From a virus, in the IMG/VR virus record IMGVR_UViG_3300000271_000002, positions 1-42,983 of that record: a stretch of 42,983 nucleotides of DNA. One strand, 5' to 3'. Positions 25,740 to 33,048 of this stretch are shown here, piece by piece. A program made the translations under genes and the position numbers. How positions within the stretch are numbered: the first letter of the stretch is position 1; every line of letters begins with the position of its first letter. The notes beneath the pieces are model-generated. The model did no database searches. It had not been told where the DNA came from and worked only from the letters and a program-made list of their open reading frames with translations.

Positions 25740-26519
25740 TTGAAAAAATTCAAAGTCGAACCAGGTGCCTGGCGCATCGAGCATGGAAACTGCCTGCAAC
25801 TTTTGCACGACATCCGCGTCAAGATGACCGATCCCGAACAGCGCATCCACATAATCACCGACCCGCCCTATGAAGACGAACTGCACGAGGCATCGAAGAA
25901 GGGCCGCGTGAAGAACATGAACCAGTTGGAGTTCGACGGCGTGAACGACATCCGTGAAGGTGCGGCCAAAGCCATGGTGAGCCTTGCCACCGGCTGGCTT
26001 CTGGCCTTCACGCTGGCCGAGGGTGTCCGCGCCTGGCGCGATCCCATACAGGCCGCAGGCGGGAAGTGGGACACAACCTGCGCCTGGATAAAGCCGGACA
26101 GCACGCCGCGCATGAACGGGCAAGGGCCAGCGCGTGGCTTTGAAAACATCGTCGCCGCATGGTGTGGCCCTGGGTATAAAAAATGGAACGGCGGCGGCAA
26201 GCGCGGCCTATACACCCATCTGTGCAACTGGAAGGGCCGCGTGTCCGCGAAAGACGGCGGGCATCCGACCGAGAAGCCGTTGTCCTTGATGATGGAACTG
26301 GTGAAGGATTTCACGAACCCAGGCGATTTAATCATCGACCCGTTCTGCGGCACAGGCACCACCGGCGAAGCGGCCATCCGGCAAGGCCGCGCTTTCATCG
26401 GCATCGATAAGTCGAAGCAGTGGGCGGAGTGGTCACGCGAACGCCTGGAACTTGCCGCCGCGCAAACCGACATGTTCGAGAACCCAGAATTTTGGCGACA
26501 GCAGAAGATGGCCGTTTAA
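25740..26519 (+). CDS. Orphan DNA methyltransferase, beta-class N6A/N4C type (PF01555-like)
   Basis: DPPY (IITDPPY) precedes HPTEKP and DPFCGTGTTG, which is the motif IV then motif I order. The start is ambiguous. The ORF track uses GTG 25656, but that start spans the 25669-25700 terminator. TTG 25740 has AAGGA 8 nt upstream. No cognate nuclease is adjacent. Confidence 0.8.
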   Translation: MKKFKVEPGAWRIEHGNCLQLLHDIRVKMTDPEQRIHIITDPPYEDELHEASKKGRVKNMNQLEFDGVNDIREGAAKAMVSLATGWLLAFTLAEGVRAWRDPIQAAGGKWDTTCAWIKPDSTPRMNGQGPARGFENIVAAWCGPGYKKWNGGGKRGLYTHLCNWKGRVSAKDGGHPTEKPLSLMMELVKDFTNPGDLIIDPFCGTGTTGEAAIRQGRAFIGIDKSKQWAEWSRERLELAAAQTDMFENPEFWRQQKMAV

Positions 26520-26908
26520 GACGGCATCGCCCTGACCTTCGTGCAGATCAGCACATCGATGCCAAAGAACGCCTTCATCATTTTCTTTTTGATGATAAAT
26601 TCCGGCGTGATGATGCGGCCTTTGAAATCTTCATGGATCAGGAACGGCCCGATGTTGTAGCGGTGATCCAAAACATAATCACAGATGTGCACGCCGTTCA
26701 GTTCAAATTTATAGCGCACCTGGCGTTCGAGGTTTTGGATCGAGCCTTCGCGTTCCAGCAGGCACAGGAATTTATAGCGGGCGTGTTCGCCCTTGCTGTC
26801 AAAATTTCCATCAACAGTTTTCTGGCGTTTGTTCTTGCCGTACCGCCCTTTTTTCGCAGGCAGTCCGACCAGGGCATTGAACTCTTTCGCGCTGATTCGC
26901 TCGGTCAT
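26516..26908 (-). CDS. DUF1064-type PD-(D/E)XK nuclease (putative Holliday-junction resolvase)
   Basis: 130 aa. The pattern KTVDGNFDSKGEHARY...IQNLERQV...DYVL....HEDFKG..TPEF..KK matches my memory of DUF1064. It is the last gene of the minus-strand operon. Confidence 0.7.
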   Translation of the reverse strand: MTERISAKEFNALVGLPAKKGRYGKNKRQKTVDGNFDSKGEHARYKFLCLLEREGSIQNLERQVRYKFELNGVHICDYVLDHRYNIGPFLIHEDFKGRIITPEFIIKKKMMKAFFGIDVLICTKVRAMPS

Positions 26909-27209
26909 ATTCAGGGGTTCCTTCTATCCATTCCCGTTTCAGCACCGTGGCGATGGTCTTCCTGATGTTGTCATAGACGACCGGCACGTTCTGACCTTCC
27001 CACCACACCCAGAAGTGCCGGACGCGGTGGGATTGTTTCGAAATCAATTCGGCGCGGCCAGAACGAATCTGCCGCACCAAATCGAAGTATTCTTCATTGC
27101 TGATTAGGCGACCGTATCGCTCGGCGAATCGCTTGCGGGTGTGCAGTCGCTGGTTGTCTGACCGTGTGACTTTTCGCAATAAACCCCCGTATCGTTCGCC
27201 GGTTTGCAA
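26811..27209 (-). CDS. Hypothetical protein (up to 132 aa; TTG start, N-terminus uncertain)
   Basis: The core looks protein-like (FAERYGRLISNEEYFDLVRQIRSGRAELISKQSHRVRHFWVWWEGQNVPVVYDNIRKTIATVL). The frame has no ATG and no clear RBS, and it overlaps the DUF1064 gene by 98 nt. Confidence 0.5.
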   Translation of the reverse strand: MQTGERYGGLLRKVTRSDNQRLHTRKRFAERYGRLISNEEYFDLVRQIRSGRAELISKQSHRVRHFWVWWEGQNVPVVYDNIRKTIATVLKREWIEGTPEYDRANQRERVQCPGRTACEKRAVRQEQTPENC

Positions 27210-27310
27210 GGTGTCGTCAGATGGTCGCCGATGCGCGGCATCCGTGCTTGCTTGGTTAAATCATAGTTCATAACCCGCCTGCCGTGTATTGAAAATTCAT
27301 ACTGTTTCAT
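27104..27310 (-). CDS. Possible short ORF ATGA-coupled to the recT stop (68 aa as drawn; only the 5' part looks coding)
   Basis: The ATG at 27310-27308 overlaps the recT TGA at 27309-27307. The 3' half is S/T/D/P-rich and overlaps 26811-27209 in another frame. Confidence 0.3.
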   Translation of the reverse strand: MKQYEFSIHGRRVMNYDLTKQARMPRIGDHLTTPCKPANDTGVYCEKSHGQTTSDCTPASDSPSDTVA

Positions 27311-28452
27311 GGCTTGTCACCGGCGATCAGGTCATCCAGGTCGAATCGCGGCGCGGTGTCCTTGGCTTCGGCTTTGGGCTTTGCCGCCGCAGGCGCGGGC
27401 GAACATTCAGGGCAGGGTTGCTTCCCTTCCGTGATTTCACCGGTCGTCTGGTCGGTTTCCTCGAACACCACCAGGCCTTTGCCGCTGCAGGTCTTACAGC
27501 CTGGGAAGGCGTTGTCAGCATAGGGCGAGGGGCTGGCCTTTTCCGCGTCGCTGATAGCCTGCGCCATTTCCGCCGTTACATCCACCGCGCCTGAAGGCCC
27601 GATTGCCACCACCGGCTGGTCAACAACTTCCAATCGTTGGGCCGTAGGCGATGCTGTGGTGGCCTGTTCGGGTTCCGCCGCGCCCACCGGCACAGGTTCA
27701 CCGTTTGCCTTACCCATGAGCGAAAAATCGACGTTTTCATCGGTGCGGTCGGCCAGTGCTTTCATCGTGAAGGCATCCTGCTGGTTCGACGCAGGCGGCG
27801 GGGTTGGCTTAACCTCGTTGTAATCATTGACTTCTTCGGCGATACCGAGGCCCATCATGACATCGGCGAAGCCGTCGCGGATGGCGAAAGCCCGCGCCCG
27901 CATCTGCATCTGGCGGGCAGGGTAGTTTTTCCATGGCCCCGCTTTTCCGGTCAGGCTGGCATCGATGGCCATCTGCCAGGTAAACGTGCGCACGATCGGT
28001 TCTTCGATTCCGCGGCGTTTGATGGTGCAGGTCGCCGTCCAGTCCGGCTTTTTGGTTTCACCGGTGATGACTTCCTTGTGCCATTCGTATTTGTCAGAAT
28101 TGATAAGCAAAGCCAGTGCGCCGTCACCGAACACGGTGGGCCGGTTGTTGACGATGTAAATGGTCGAGAGCGCGGCGACCGGCGGCAGGCCGACTTCCAT
28201 GCCCTTCATGATCCCGATCAACACGCGGGCCTGGGTTGCGCCCCAGTTCACCTGCTCGACTTCGTTTTGTTTTTCATCGCGCACCTTTTCCACGATCTTG
28301 TACGAATCGGGAACCATACCGCTTTGCACGAAGCCCTGCGCCAGGCGTGCGGCTTCATCGATGGTCTGCGGGATAAGGGCGGCGACGCGGCCACCGACGG
28401 CCAAAGGCGGTTTGGGTGGCGCGGGTTGTTTTTCTGTTTTTTCAGTCGACAT
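27307..28452 (-). CDS. recT: RecT-family single-strand annealing protein with a C-terminal zinc-ribbon extension
   Basis: 381 aa with an AGGAG RBS. The RecT-like core reads GLPPVAALSTIYIVNNRPTVFGDGALALL ... GPWKNYPARQMQMRARAFAIRDGFADV. The C-terminus carries CKTCSGKG ... CPEC (nt about 27403-27498). Confidence 0.85.
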   Translation of the reverse strand: MSTEKTEKQPAPPKPPLAVGGRVAALIPQTIDEAARLAQGFVQSGMVPDSYKIVEKVRDEKQNEVEQVNWGATQARVLIGIMKGMEVGLPPVAALSTIYIVNNRPTVFGDGALALLINSDKYEWHKEVITGETKKPDWTATCTIKRRGIEEPIVRTFTWQMAIDASLTGKAGPWKNYPARQMQMRARAFAIRDGFADVMMGLGIAEEVNDYNEVKPTPPPASNQQDAFTMKALADRTDENVDFSLMGKANGEPVPVGAAEPEQATTASPTAQRLEVVDQPVVAIGPSGAVDVTAEMAQAISDAEKASPSPYADNAFPGCKTCSGKGLVVFEETDQTTGEITEGKQPCPECSPAPAAAKPKAEAKDTAPRFDLDDLIAGDKP

Positions 28453-28479
28453 GGTAAATTCTCCTTAATTGTTAATGGC

Positions 28480-29580
28480 TTATAGGTCAGAAGCGTAGGC
28501 AGGGTATTGTTGCCACGATAGCACAATCGGGTCACGCATATCGACCCATGGTGTGCCGTCATCGCCGAACGTGCGCATACATTCTTGGTAAATCATTACG
28601 CCTTGATGGATGGACGCGATGCCGGTGTCGAACATAGGATCGGCGCGAAGGAATTGTGCGCCAACGCTAACAGGTGCTGGCCCCTTTTGCTGGAACAAGA
28701 AGTTGAAGCCGTGTTCGGGCGATGCAATAAACGCCTGCATCCATTCTTCGTCATAGGTGGCATCGGAACGCAGAACATGGATGTGTCCCGCCGCCGCCAG
28801 CTTCTTGGCTTCTTCGACCGCACGCAGATACAGTGCGCCCTGGATGTGGTATTTGCCCGAAGCCATCGCGCCATACACGGCTTTTTCGATGACCTTGTTC
28901 ATCATGTTGGCGAAGGTTTTCAAATCGTTCACCGCGTTGACCTTCAGATAGTCGAAGCGGGCTTTGAACATCACTTGCAGTTCTTCATCGAACCAGACCA
29001 CGCTGACTTCGGGATAGCCGCCAATGAAGTAATAGCGCAGGTGCGGGTGGCACTCGATCATCTTGGCCGACAATTCGATTTTGCGAATCATCACAGGGTC
29101 GAGGAAGATTTTGCCCGCGTGCATCTTCGCGTATTCGGATTCCAGCACATCATAGATCGCTTGGTGCGGGTCGGCTTCCTGGATCATGGCGATCAGTTCT
29201 TCCTTCTTTTTGCCGGAATAGCCCTTCACGCCCATGTCTTTCAGCCACGCCGTCATTTCCGAATTGCCCTTCAGCGCATTGCGGTGTTCGGGGTTGGTCG
29301 GGTCTAGTTCGAGGGGCTTGATGTAGCAGGCATTGAACGCATCAAGACCTTCCAGGATGCGCTTGTGGTATGCCTTGCCGAGCGTTTTGGCTTCGCTTTC
29401 GGTTTCATCTTCCTCTTTCCAGGGGTTCATGTTCGACCGCGCCCAGTAATCCATCGGCGAAATCATCAGGTTCTTGATGCCTGTGGCCGAGAGATATGGC
29501 AGTGCGTGGTATTGTTCATCGGTCATTCCGAAGTAAAGGCCTGGGCCGACCGGTTCTTTTTTCTGTGTTTGTTCCTGCAT
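28480..29580 (-). CDS. PD-(D/E)XK exonuclease (RecE / DUF3799-like), partner of RecT
   Basis: 366 aa, first gene of the minus operon. It has the motifs GKAYHKRILEG, EVSVVW, KARFDYL, VNDLKT and YHIQGALY, which fit a D...D/E-x-K nuclease core with a QxxxY motif. Confidence 0.75.
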   Translation of the reverse strand: MQEQTQKKEPVGPGLYFGMTDEQYHALPYLSATGIKNLMISPMDYWARSNMNPWKEEDETESEAKTLGKAYHKRILEGLDAFNACYIKPLELDPTNPEHRNALKGNSEMTAWLKDMGVKGYSGKKKEELIAMIQEADPHQAIYDVLESEYAKMHAGKIFLDPVMIRKIELSAKMIECHPHLRYYFIGGYPEVSVVWFDEELQVMFKARFDYLKVNAVNDLKTFANMMNKVIEKAVYGAMASGKYHIQGALYLRAVEEAKKLAAAGHIHVLRSDATYDEEWMQAFIASPEHGFNFLFQQKGPAPVSVGAQFLRADPMFDTGIASIHQGVMIYQECMRTFGDDGTPWVDMRDPIVLSWQQYPAYASDL

Positions 29581-29616
29581 AGATGATCCTTTTGCTAGAT
29601 GGTTAATAGTTCGGCG

Positions 29617-29645
29617 TTGACACTACCGCCGTTTTAAAATACGGT
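29617..29645 (+). promoter_or_regulatory. Rightward early promoter P1 (sigma70-like)
   Basis: TTGACA (29617-29622), a 17-nt spacer, and TACGGT (29640-29645). It lies 44 nt upstream of the ATG at 29689. Confidence 0.6.
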
Positions 29646-29648
29646 CAA
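29620..29648 (-). promoter_or_regulatory. Leftward early promoter (sigma70-like), superimposed on P1
   Basis: The minus strand reads TTGACC (29648-29643), a 17-nt spacer, and TAGTGT (29625-29620). It lies about 40 nt upstream of the exonuclease ATG at 29580. Confidence 0.55.
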
Positions 29649-29688
29649 CGTAATTATTTACGCAACAATCAAAAACAGGAAAGTTTTT

Positions 29689-30012
29689 ATGAGTGAAAAG
29701 AAACACAGCGATATATTGAAGGCGCGGCTGAAGCTGTTGCCTGACCGTATGCGCGAGAAGATGTTGAAGAAGGGCAACGAGAAACGCCTGCGCGTCATCG
29801 AGGCTTATGCCAGCGACACCAAACTGCGGGCCGTCCTGCGCTGGCGGCAACGCCTCGTGGCGCGTGACATCACGGTCGAGGAACTGGCCTATAAGGTCAA
29901 ACGCCAGGTGCCGCGAATCAGCGAATACATGTACTTCGTGCGTGAGCCGAGCGAACAGGCCTTCCTCGCCATCGATGCCGCCATCTATCAGTTGGAAGAA
30001 CGACCAGGCTAA
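29689..30012 (+). CDS. Small HTH DNA-binding protein (Cro/XRE-like candidate regulator)
   Basis: 107 aa, first gene of the rightward early operon. ITVEELAYKVKRQVPRISEYM reads like a helix-turn-helix. Confidence 0.6.
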   Translation: MSEKKHSDILKARLKLLPDRMREKMLKKGNEKRLRVIEAYASDTKLRAVLRWRQRLVARDITVEELAYKVKRQVPRISEYMYFVREPSEQAFLAIDAAIYQLEERPG

Positions 30013-30035
30013 ACCGCAATTTCATTGGGATCATA

Positions 30036-30692
30036 ATGAAAATTCACACGATACAACTGAACATCGAGGACTTCCTCGGCGGCACCGCGCACATGGATGC
30101 CACAGAGATAGGCGCATACTGGTCTTTGCTGATGTGCGCCTACAAAACCAGCGACCACAGCCTGCCGAACGACCCGCGCCGGTTGGCACTCATGGCAAAA
30201 TGTAGTGGAAAAGTCTGGGGACGAATCGGTGGAACGGTAATGGATAAGTTCGTTTTGACCGATGACGAACACCCAAAGTGGATTCACAAACGTGTGTTGG
30301 AGGATGCCCTCACCTATCAGTCGAGGTCGTCCATCAATTCGGATAACTCATTGAAAAGATGGAAAACCGACAAGCAAGTCGCATCCAAGTCGCAATCCGA
30401 TGGCAATGCTACCTATAACCTAGTACCCAAGAATAACCCCCCAACCCCCCAGGGGGCAGGAGTTTTAAAACATGGTTTTAAAGGGAAGGGGGAAGGTGTA
30501 TTCAGGGTCGATGACCTTCTGCACGACAACGCCAGACAACGCGCCAGGGAGAACGCGCCAGGCTGGTCACAGCAGGAACTGATGCGGGTTTACGACGAAG
30601 GCATCAACGACGGAAGCAGGCCGCGCCCTGACAATGCCAACGCCGCGTTTCCGGTCTGGTGCGCCAATTACACCAAGGGCAAGAAGCCCTAA
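30036..30692 (+). CDS. DUF1376 (YdaU-like) replication-associated protein
   Basis: 218 aa. The pattern IEDFLGGTAHMDATEIGAYWSLLMCAY....LPNDPRRLA....W......DKF.......WIHKRVLED is typical of DUF1376. Confidence 0.75.
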   Translation: MKIHTIQLNIEDFLGGTAHMDATEIGAYWSLLMCAYKTSDHSLPNDPRRLALMAKCSGKVWGRIGGTVMDKFVLTDDEHPKWIHKRVLEDALTYQSRSSINSDNSLKRWKTDKQVASKSQSDGNATYNLVPKNNPPTPQGAGVLKHGFKGKGEGVFRVDDLLHDNARQRARENAPGWSQQELMRVYDEGINDGSRPRPDNANAAFPVWCANYTKGKKP

Positions 30693-30700
30693 AAATAAAT

Positions 30701-30729
30701 TTGACAGCCTTGGCGTAAAGGAATACGCT
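30701..30729 (+). promoter_or_regulatory. Promoter P2 (sigma70-like)
   Basis: TTGACA (30701-30706), a 17-nt spacer, and TACGCT (30724-30729), in an AT-rich 79-bp intergenic gap. Confidence 0.55.
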
Positions 30730-30771
30730 TTCAGTATTAACGATTAAATCTTAGCAAAAGGAACTTAAAAA

Positions 30772-31110
30772 ATGGTCAACGTCACACCCCCAAATAAATC
30801 CGGCCAAGTGCTTATCGGCGAAATCGTCCACGCGATGGCACAATACCCCCAAGGCATCGTCATCAAAACCGATGGCACTATCCAGCCCTTCGACTATGCC
30901 GCTAAAAAACCCACGCTGAAAGAAATGCAGGCAGTGGTCGGCGGACTCATCGAGATTGTCCGCATCCCGCTTGTGGATTTTTTCATGATCGTGGACGAGG
31001 AAGGCCTGCTGAAGGAAAAAGAAATCAACTGGCACGGATGCACGCAATATCGCGGCACCACGCCCATCGTCGGCGATGCCATCTTCATCAACCGCAAGCT
31101 GGTGGACTAG
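30772..31110 (+). CDS. DUF3846-like protein
   Basis: 112 aa with an AAGGA RBS. The pattern TDGTIQPF....PTLKEMQAVVGGLIEIV....FFMIVDEEGLLKEKEIN is DUF3846-like. Confidence 0.65.
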   Translation: MVNVTPPNKSGQVLIGEIVHAMAQYPQGIVIKTDGTIQPFDYAAKKPTLKEMQAVVGGLIEIVRIPLVDFFMIVDEEGLLKEKEINWHGCTQYRGTTPIVGDAIFINRKLVD

Positions 31111-31113
31111 ACC

Positions 31114-31272
31114 ATGGCGCACACATCCCCAAAATGTAAATGCTGTAAGGTCAACGAGGTGGACTATCTGGCCACCGGCCTTTGTGAAGCCTGCGAATTT
31201 GACGCATACGTCAAAAGTGGCGGGAAAATCGAAGAAGGCGACCACGGCCCCTTCGGAAATCTGGATGCATAG
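31114..31272 (+). CDS. 52-aa Cys-rich zinc-ribbon micro-protein (below the ORF-track cutoff)
   Basis: The ATG at 31114 lies 3 nt after the upstream stop. The product is MAHTSPKCKCCKVNEVDYLATGLCEACEFDAYVKSGGKIEEGDHGPFGNLDA, with a CxCC...CxxC arrangement. Confidence 0.45.
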   Translation: MAHTSPKCKCCKVNEVDYLATGLCEACEFDAYVKSGGKIEEGDHGPFGNLDA

Positions 31273-31281
31273 GAGAAACCC

Positions 31282-31401
31282 ATGGCCTGGAATTACTGCC
31301 CCAACCAATGCTCGAACGCCGTGCTGGATATTCAAGCCATCCAGTGGATGCGTGCTGGCAACGACACAGAAACGCTTTTGAAACTCGTGAGGTCTGCATG
31401 A
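31282..31401 (+). CDS. 39-aa micro-ORF
   Basis: AGGAG lies 6 nt upstream of the ATG at 31282. The stop overlaps the next gene's ATG (ATGA at 31398-31401). Confidence 0.4.
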   Translation: MAWNYCPNQCSNAVLDIQAIQWMRAGNDTETLLKLVRSA

Positions 31402-31772
31402 ACACACAAACACTGTCTTTCACCATGGAACTTGCCGATGTGCAACTTCCCATCATCGCCAACTTCGACGGCACCGGCATCTTCGAATTATACATCGATG
31501 ACCCGATGATCCCGAACGGATTTTTGCGGCACTTCTTCCGCGTCCGTAAATTCGACCGCGACGGCGAACCGCGTGAACATGACCTGCGCGTCGTAAAATC
31601 CAAAGCCGACACCGACGAAGGCACGCTGGAATTTAAAGTCGAACTGGCAGATTTCTATGTGCGCATCGAGAAGCTGGCCGAAGCGTCCGCCCACTATTGC
31701 AAACGCAAACATTTAACCAGCGTGAACGCTGAAACACCGGAGGTCGTCAAACATGCAATCCAATTATCCTAA
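31398..31772 (+). CDS. Hypothetical protein (124 aa)
   Basis: In frame with track ORF 31308-31772. The ATG at 31398 is preferred because of ATGA coupling with the upstream micro-ORF. Confidence 0.65.
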   Translation: MNTQTLSFTMELADVQLPIIANFDGTGIFELYIDDPMIPNGFLRHFFRVRKFDRDGEPREHDLRVVKSKADTDEGTLEFKVELADFYVRIEKLAEASAHYCKRKHLTSVNAETPEVVKHAIQLS

Positions 31773-31989
31773 CGACGACATCAAGATCATCGCGCAGTGC
31801 GTGATGCTTTCCGTGTGCATGGCGGCAATCGTTTTTTTAGGCGTTGTCGCTGGCTCTTACGTTGTCGGCCATGTGGTCGTCAAAGAACTGCGCCGCCAGC
31901 AGATCGTGGAACAATCGCTGTGCGATCAGTACGGCGCGGAAATCAACCAACACGCAGGCCATGAGGTCTGTGCTACCCCCAACGGCTGA
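31753..31989 (+). CDS. Small membrane protein (78 aa, one TM helix)
   Basis: It contains the hydrophobic helix CVMLSVCMAAIVFLGVVAGSYVVGHVVV. It overlaps the upstream gene by 20 nt. Confidence 0.55.
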   Translation: MQSNYPNDDIKIIAQCVMLSVCMAAIVFLGVVAGSYVVGHVVVKELRRQQIVEQSLCDQYGAEINQHAGHEVCATPNG

Positions 31990-32000
31990 AAGGATTAGCC

Positions 32001-32435
32001 ATGAACGAACAAGCACAAGTCGAATTTTCACATAAATTTCTACGCGCCGCCGGTCGTCTGATTTTAGACGGCCCCGCGCTGGAAAAAACCAAGCACGACA
32101 TCGTTGACCTGATGGCCGAAGCCCTGGCGATGTCACTGTCAGGCAAGGTTGTATCTGTAATGATAACACCCAAGATCGTGGACGGCGTGTTCATGGGGAT
32201 GCACCTGGGCCAGACCGATGCCGACGGCGGCGTTGAACAAGATGCCATCGAGCAGGAAGACCTGGTGAAGGCCATGGTGCCATCGCTCTTGAAAAAGATT
32301 TCATCGCAGGCCGGTCACAAAAACATCGGCGAAATCCTTGCCGCCGCGCTCGGTGCAAACGTCCGTGAAGCGGATGACTGCGACTGTGAGAACTGCACGG
32401 CACGCCGCGCCGAAACCAAAAAATCAGCCCATTAA
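32001..32435 (+). CDS. Hypothetical protein (144 aa)
   Basis: The ATG is preceded by AAGGA. The C-terminal part is acidic with a CDCENC cluster. No family was recognised. Confidence 0.65.
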   Translation: MNEQAQVEFSHKFLRAAGRLILDGPALEKTKHDIVDLMAEALAMSLSGKVVSVMITPKIVDGVFMGMHLGQTDADGGVEQDAIEQEDLVKAMVPSLLKKISSQAGHKNIGEILAAALGANVREADDCDCENCTARRAETKKSAH

Positions 32436-32448
32436 CCAGGAGAAGAAG

Positions 32449-33036
32449 ATGTCTAAAAAAACCAAAACAAAAAAACTGACCACCGACCAAAAACAAAAAA
32501 AGAAAATCGCAAATCTTTACTACCAGATGCGCCTGCTGAAGGAACAGCTTGTCATCCAGGTCGCCGACGCGGTTCACGAATGGAAGAAGACCGCCAACGC
32601 CATGACCAACGAGGCCGAGGAACAACGCGCACAGGTCTTGGATTTAACCGAAAAGCTGGCCGAACAATTTTCTTTGCGATACAACGCCGAGCGTGACCGC
32701 GACAAGGCACAGGAAAAAGTTATTGACCTTGAACGCGCTGTGAACCGTAAAAACGAAACCATTGGCGAAATGCGCCGCGAGATCGATGGCATCAAGGATC
32801 AAGGCTTCAGTAAAGATCGTGTCATCAGCGCATACGACAACGGCTTGCGCCAGATCATAGACATCATGAACAAGTGGCGACCCAACACGGATGGTGCTTT
32901 AAGCGTCGAACGTCAATATGGCCGCGTGGAAGCGAACCTGCTGGCGTTGGCGCAGACGGCGATGCCGGTGCAAGCCCGCGTCATGGGCGAGTGTGACACA
33001 GCGATGCACAAACGCATCAACCATCCTGACTACTAG
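32449..33036 (+). CDS. Hypothetical coiled-coil protein (195 aa) with a Lys-rich N-terminus
   Basis: AGGAG lies 6 nt upstream of the ATG at 32449. It is in frame with track ORF 32338-33036, whose extra N-terminus overlaps the previous gene. Confidence 0.65.
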   Translation: MSKKTKTKKLTTDQKQKKKIANLYYQMRLLKEQLVIQVADAVHEWKKTANAMTNEAEEQRAQVLDLTEKLAEQFSLRYNAERDRDKAQEKVIDLERAVNRKNETIGEMRREIDGIKDQGFSKDRVISAYDNGLRQIIDIMNKWRPNTDGALSVERQYGRVEANLLALAQTAMPVQARVMGECDTAMHKRINHPDY

Positions 33037-33048
33037 GGAGCGCGAAGC

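Noticed and set aside
26511-26525. The GCCGT-TTAAG-ACGGC palindrome at the convergent gene junction as a bidirectional terminator.
   Set aside because: It has only a 5-bp stem and no flanking T or A runs, so it is too weak to call. I noted it only in connection with the shared stop codons.
31308-31397. Extended N-termini offered by the ORF track, for example at 31308, 32338, 34052, 34539, 35305, 35667, 36401, 38378, 41258 and 24842.
   Set aside because: Each extension overlaps the preceding gene. It is replaced by a downstream ATG that is RBS-supported or ATGA/TAATG-coupled in the same frame.
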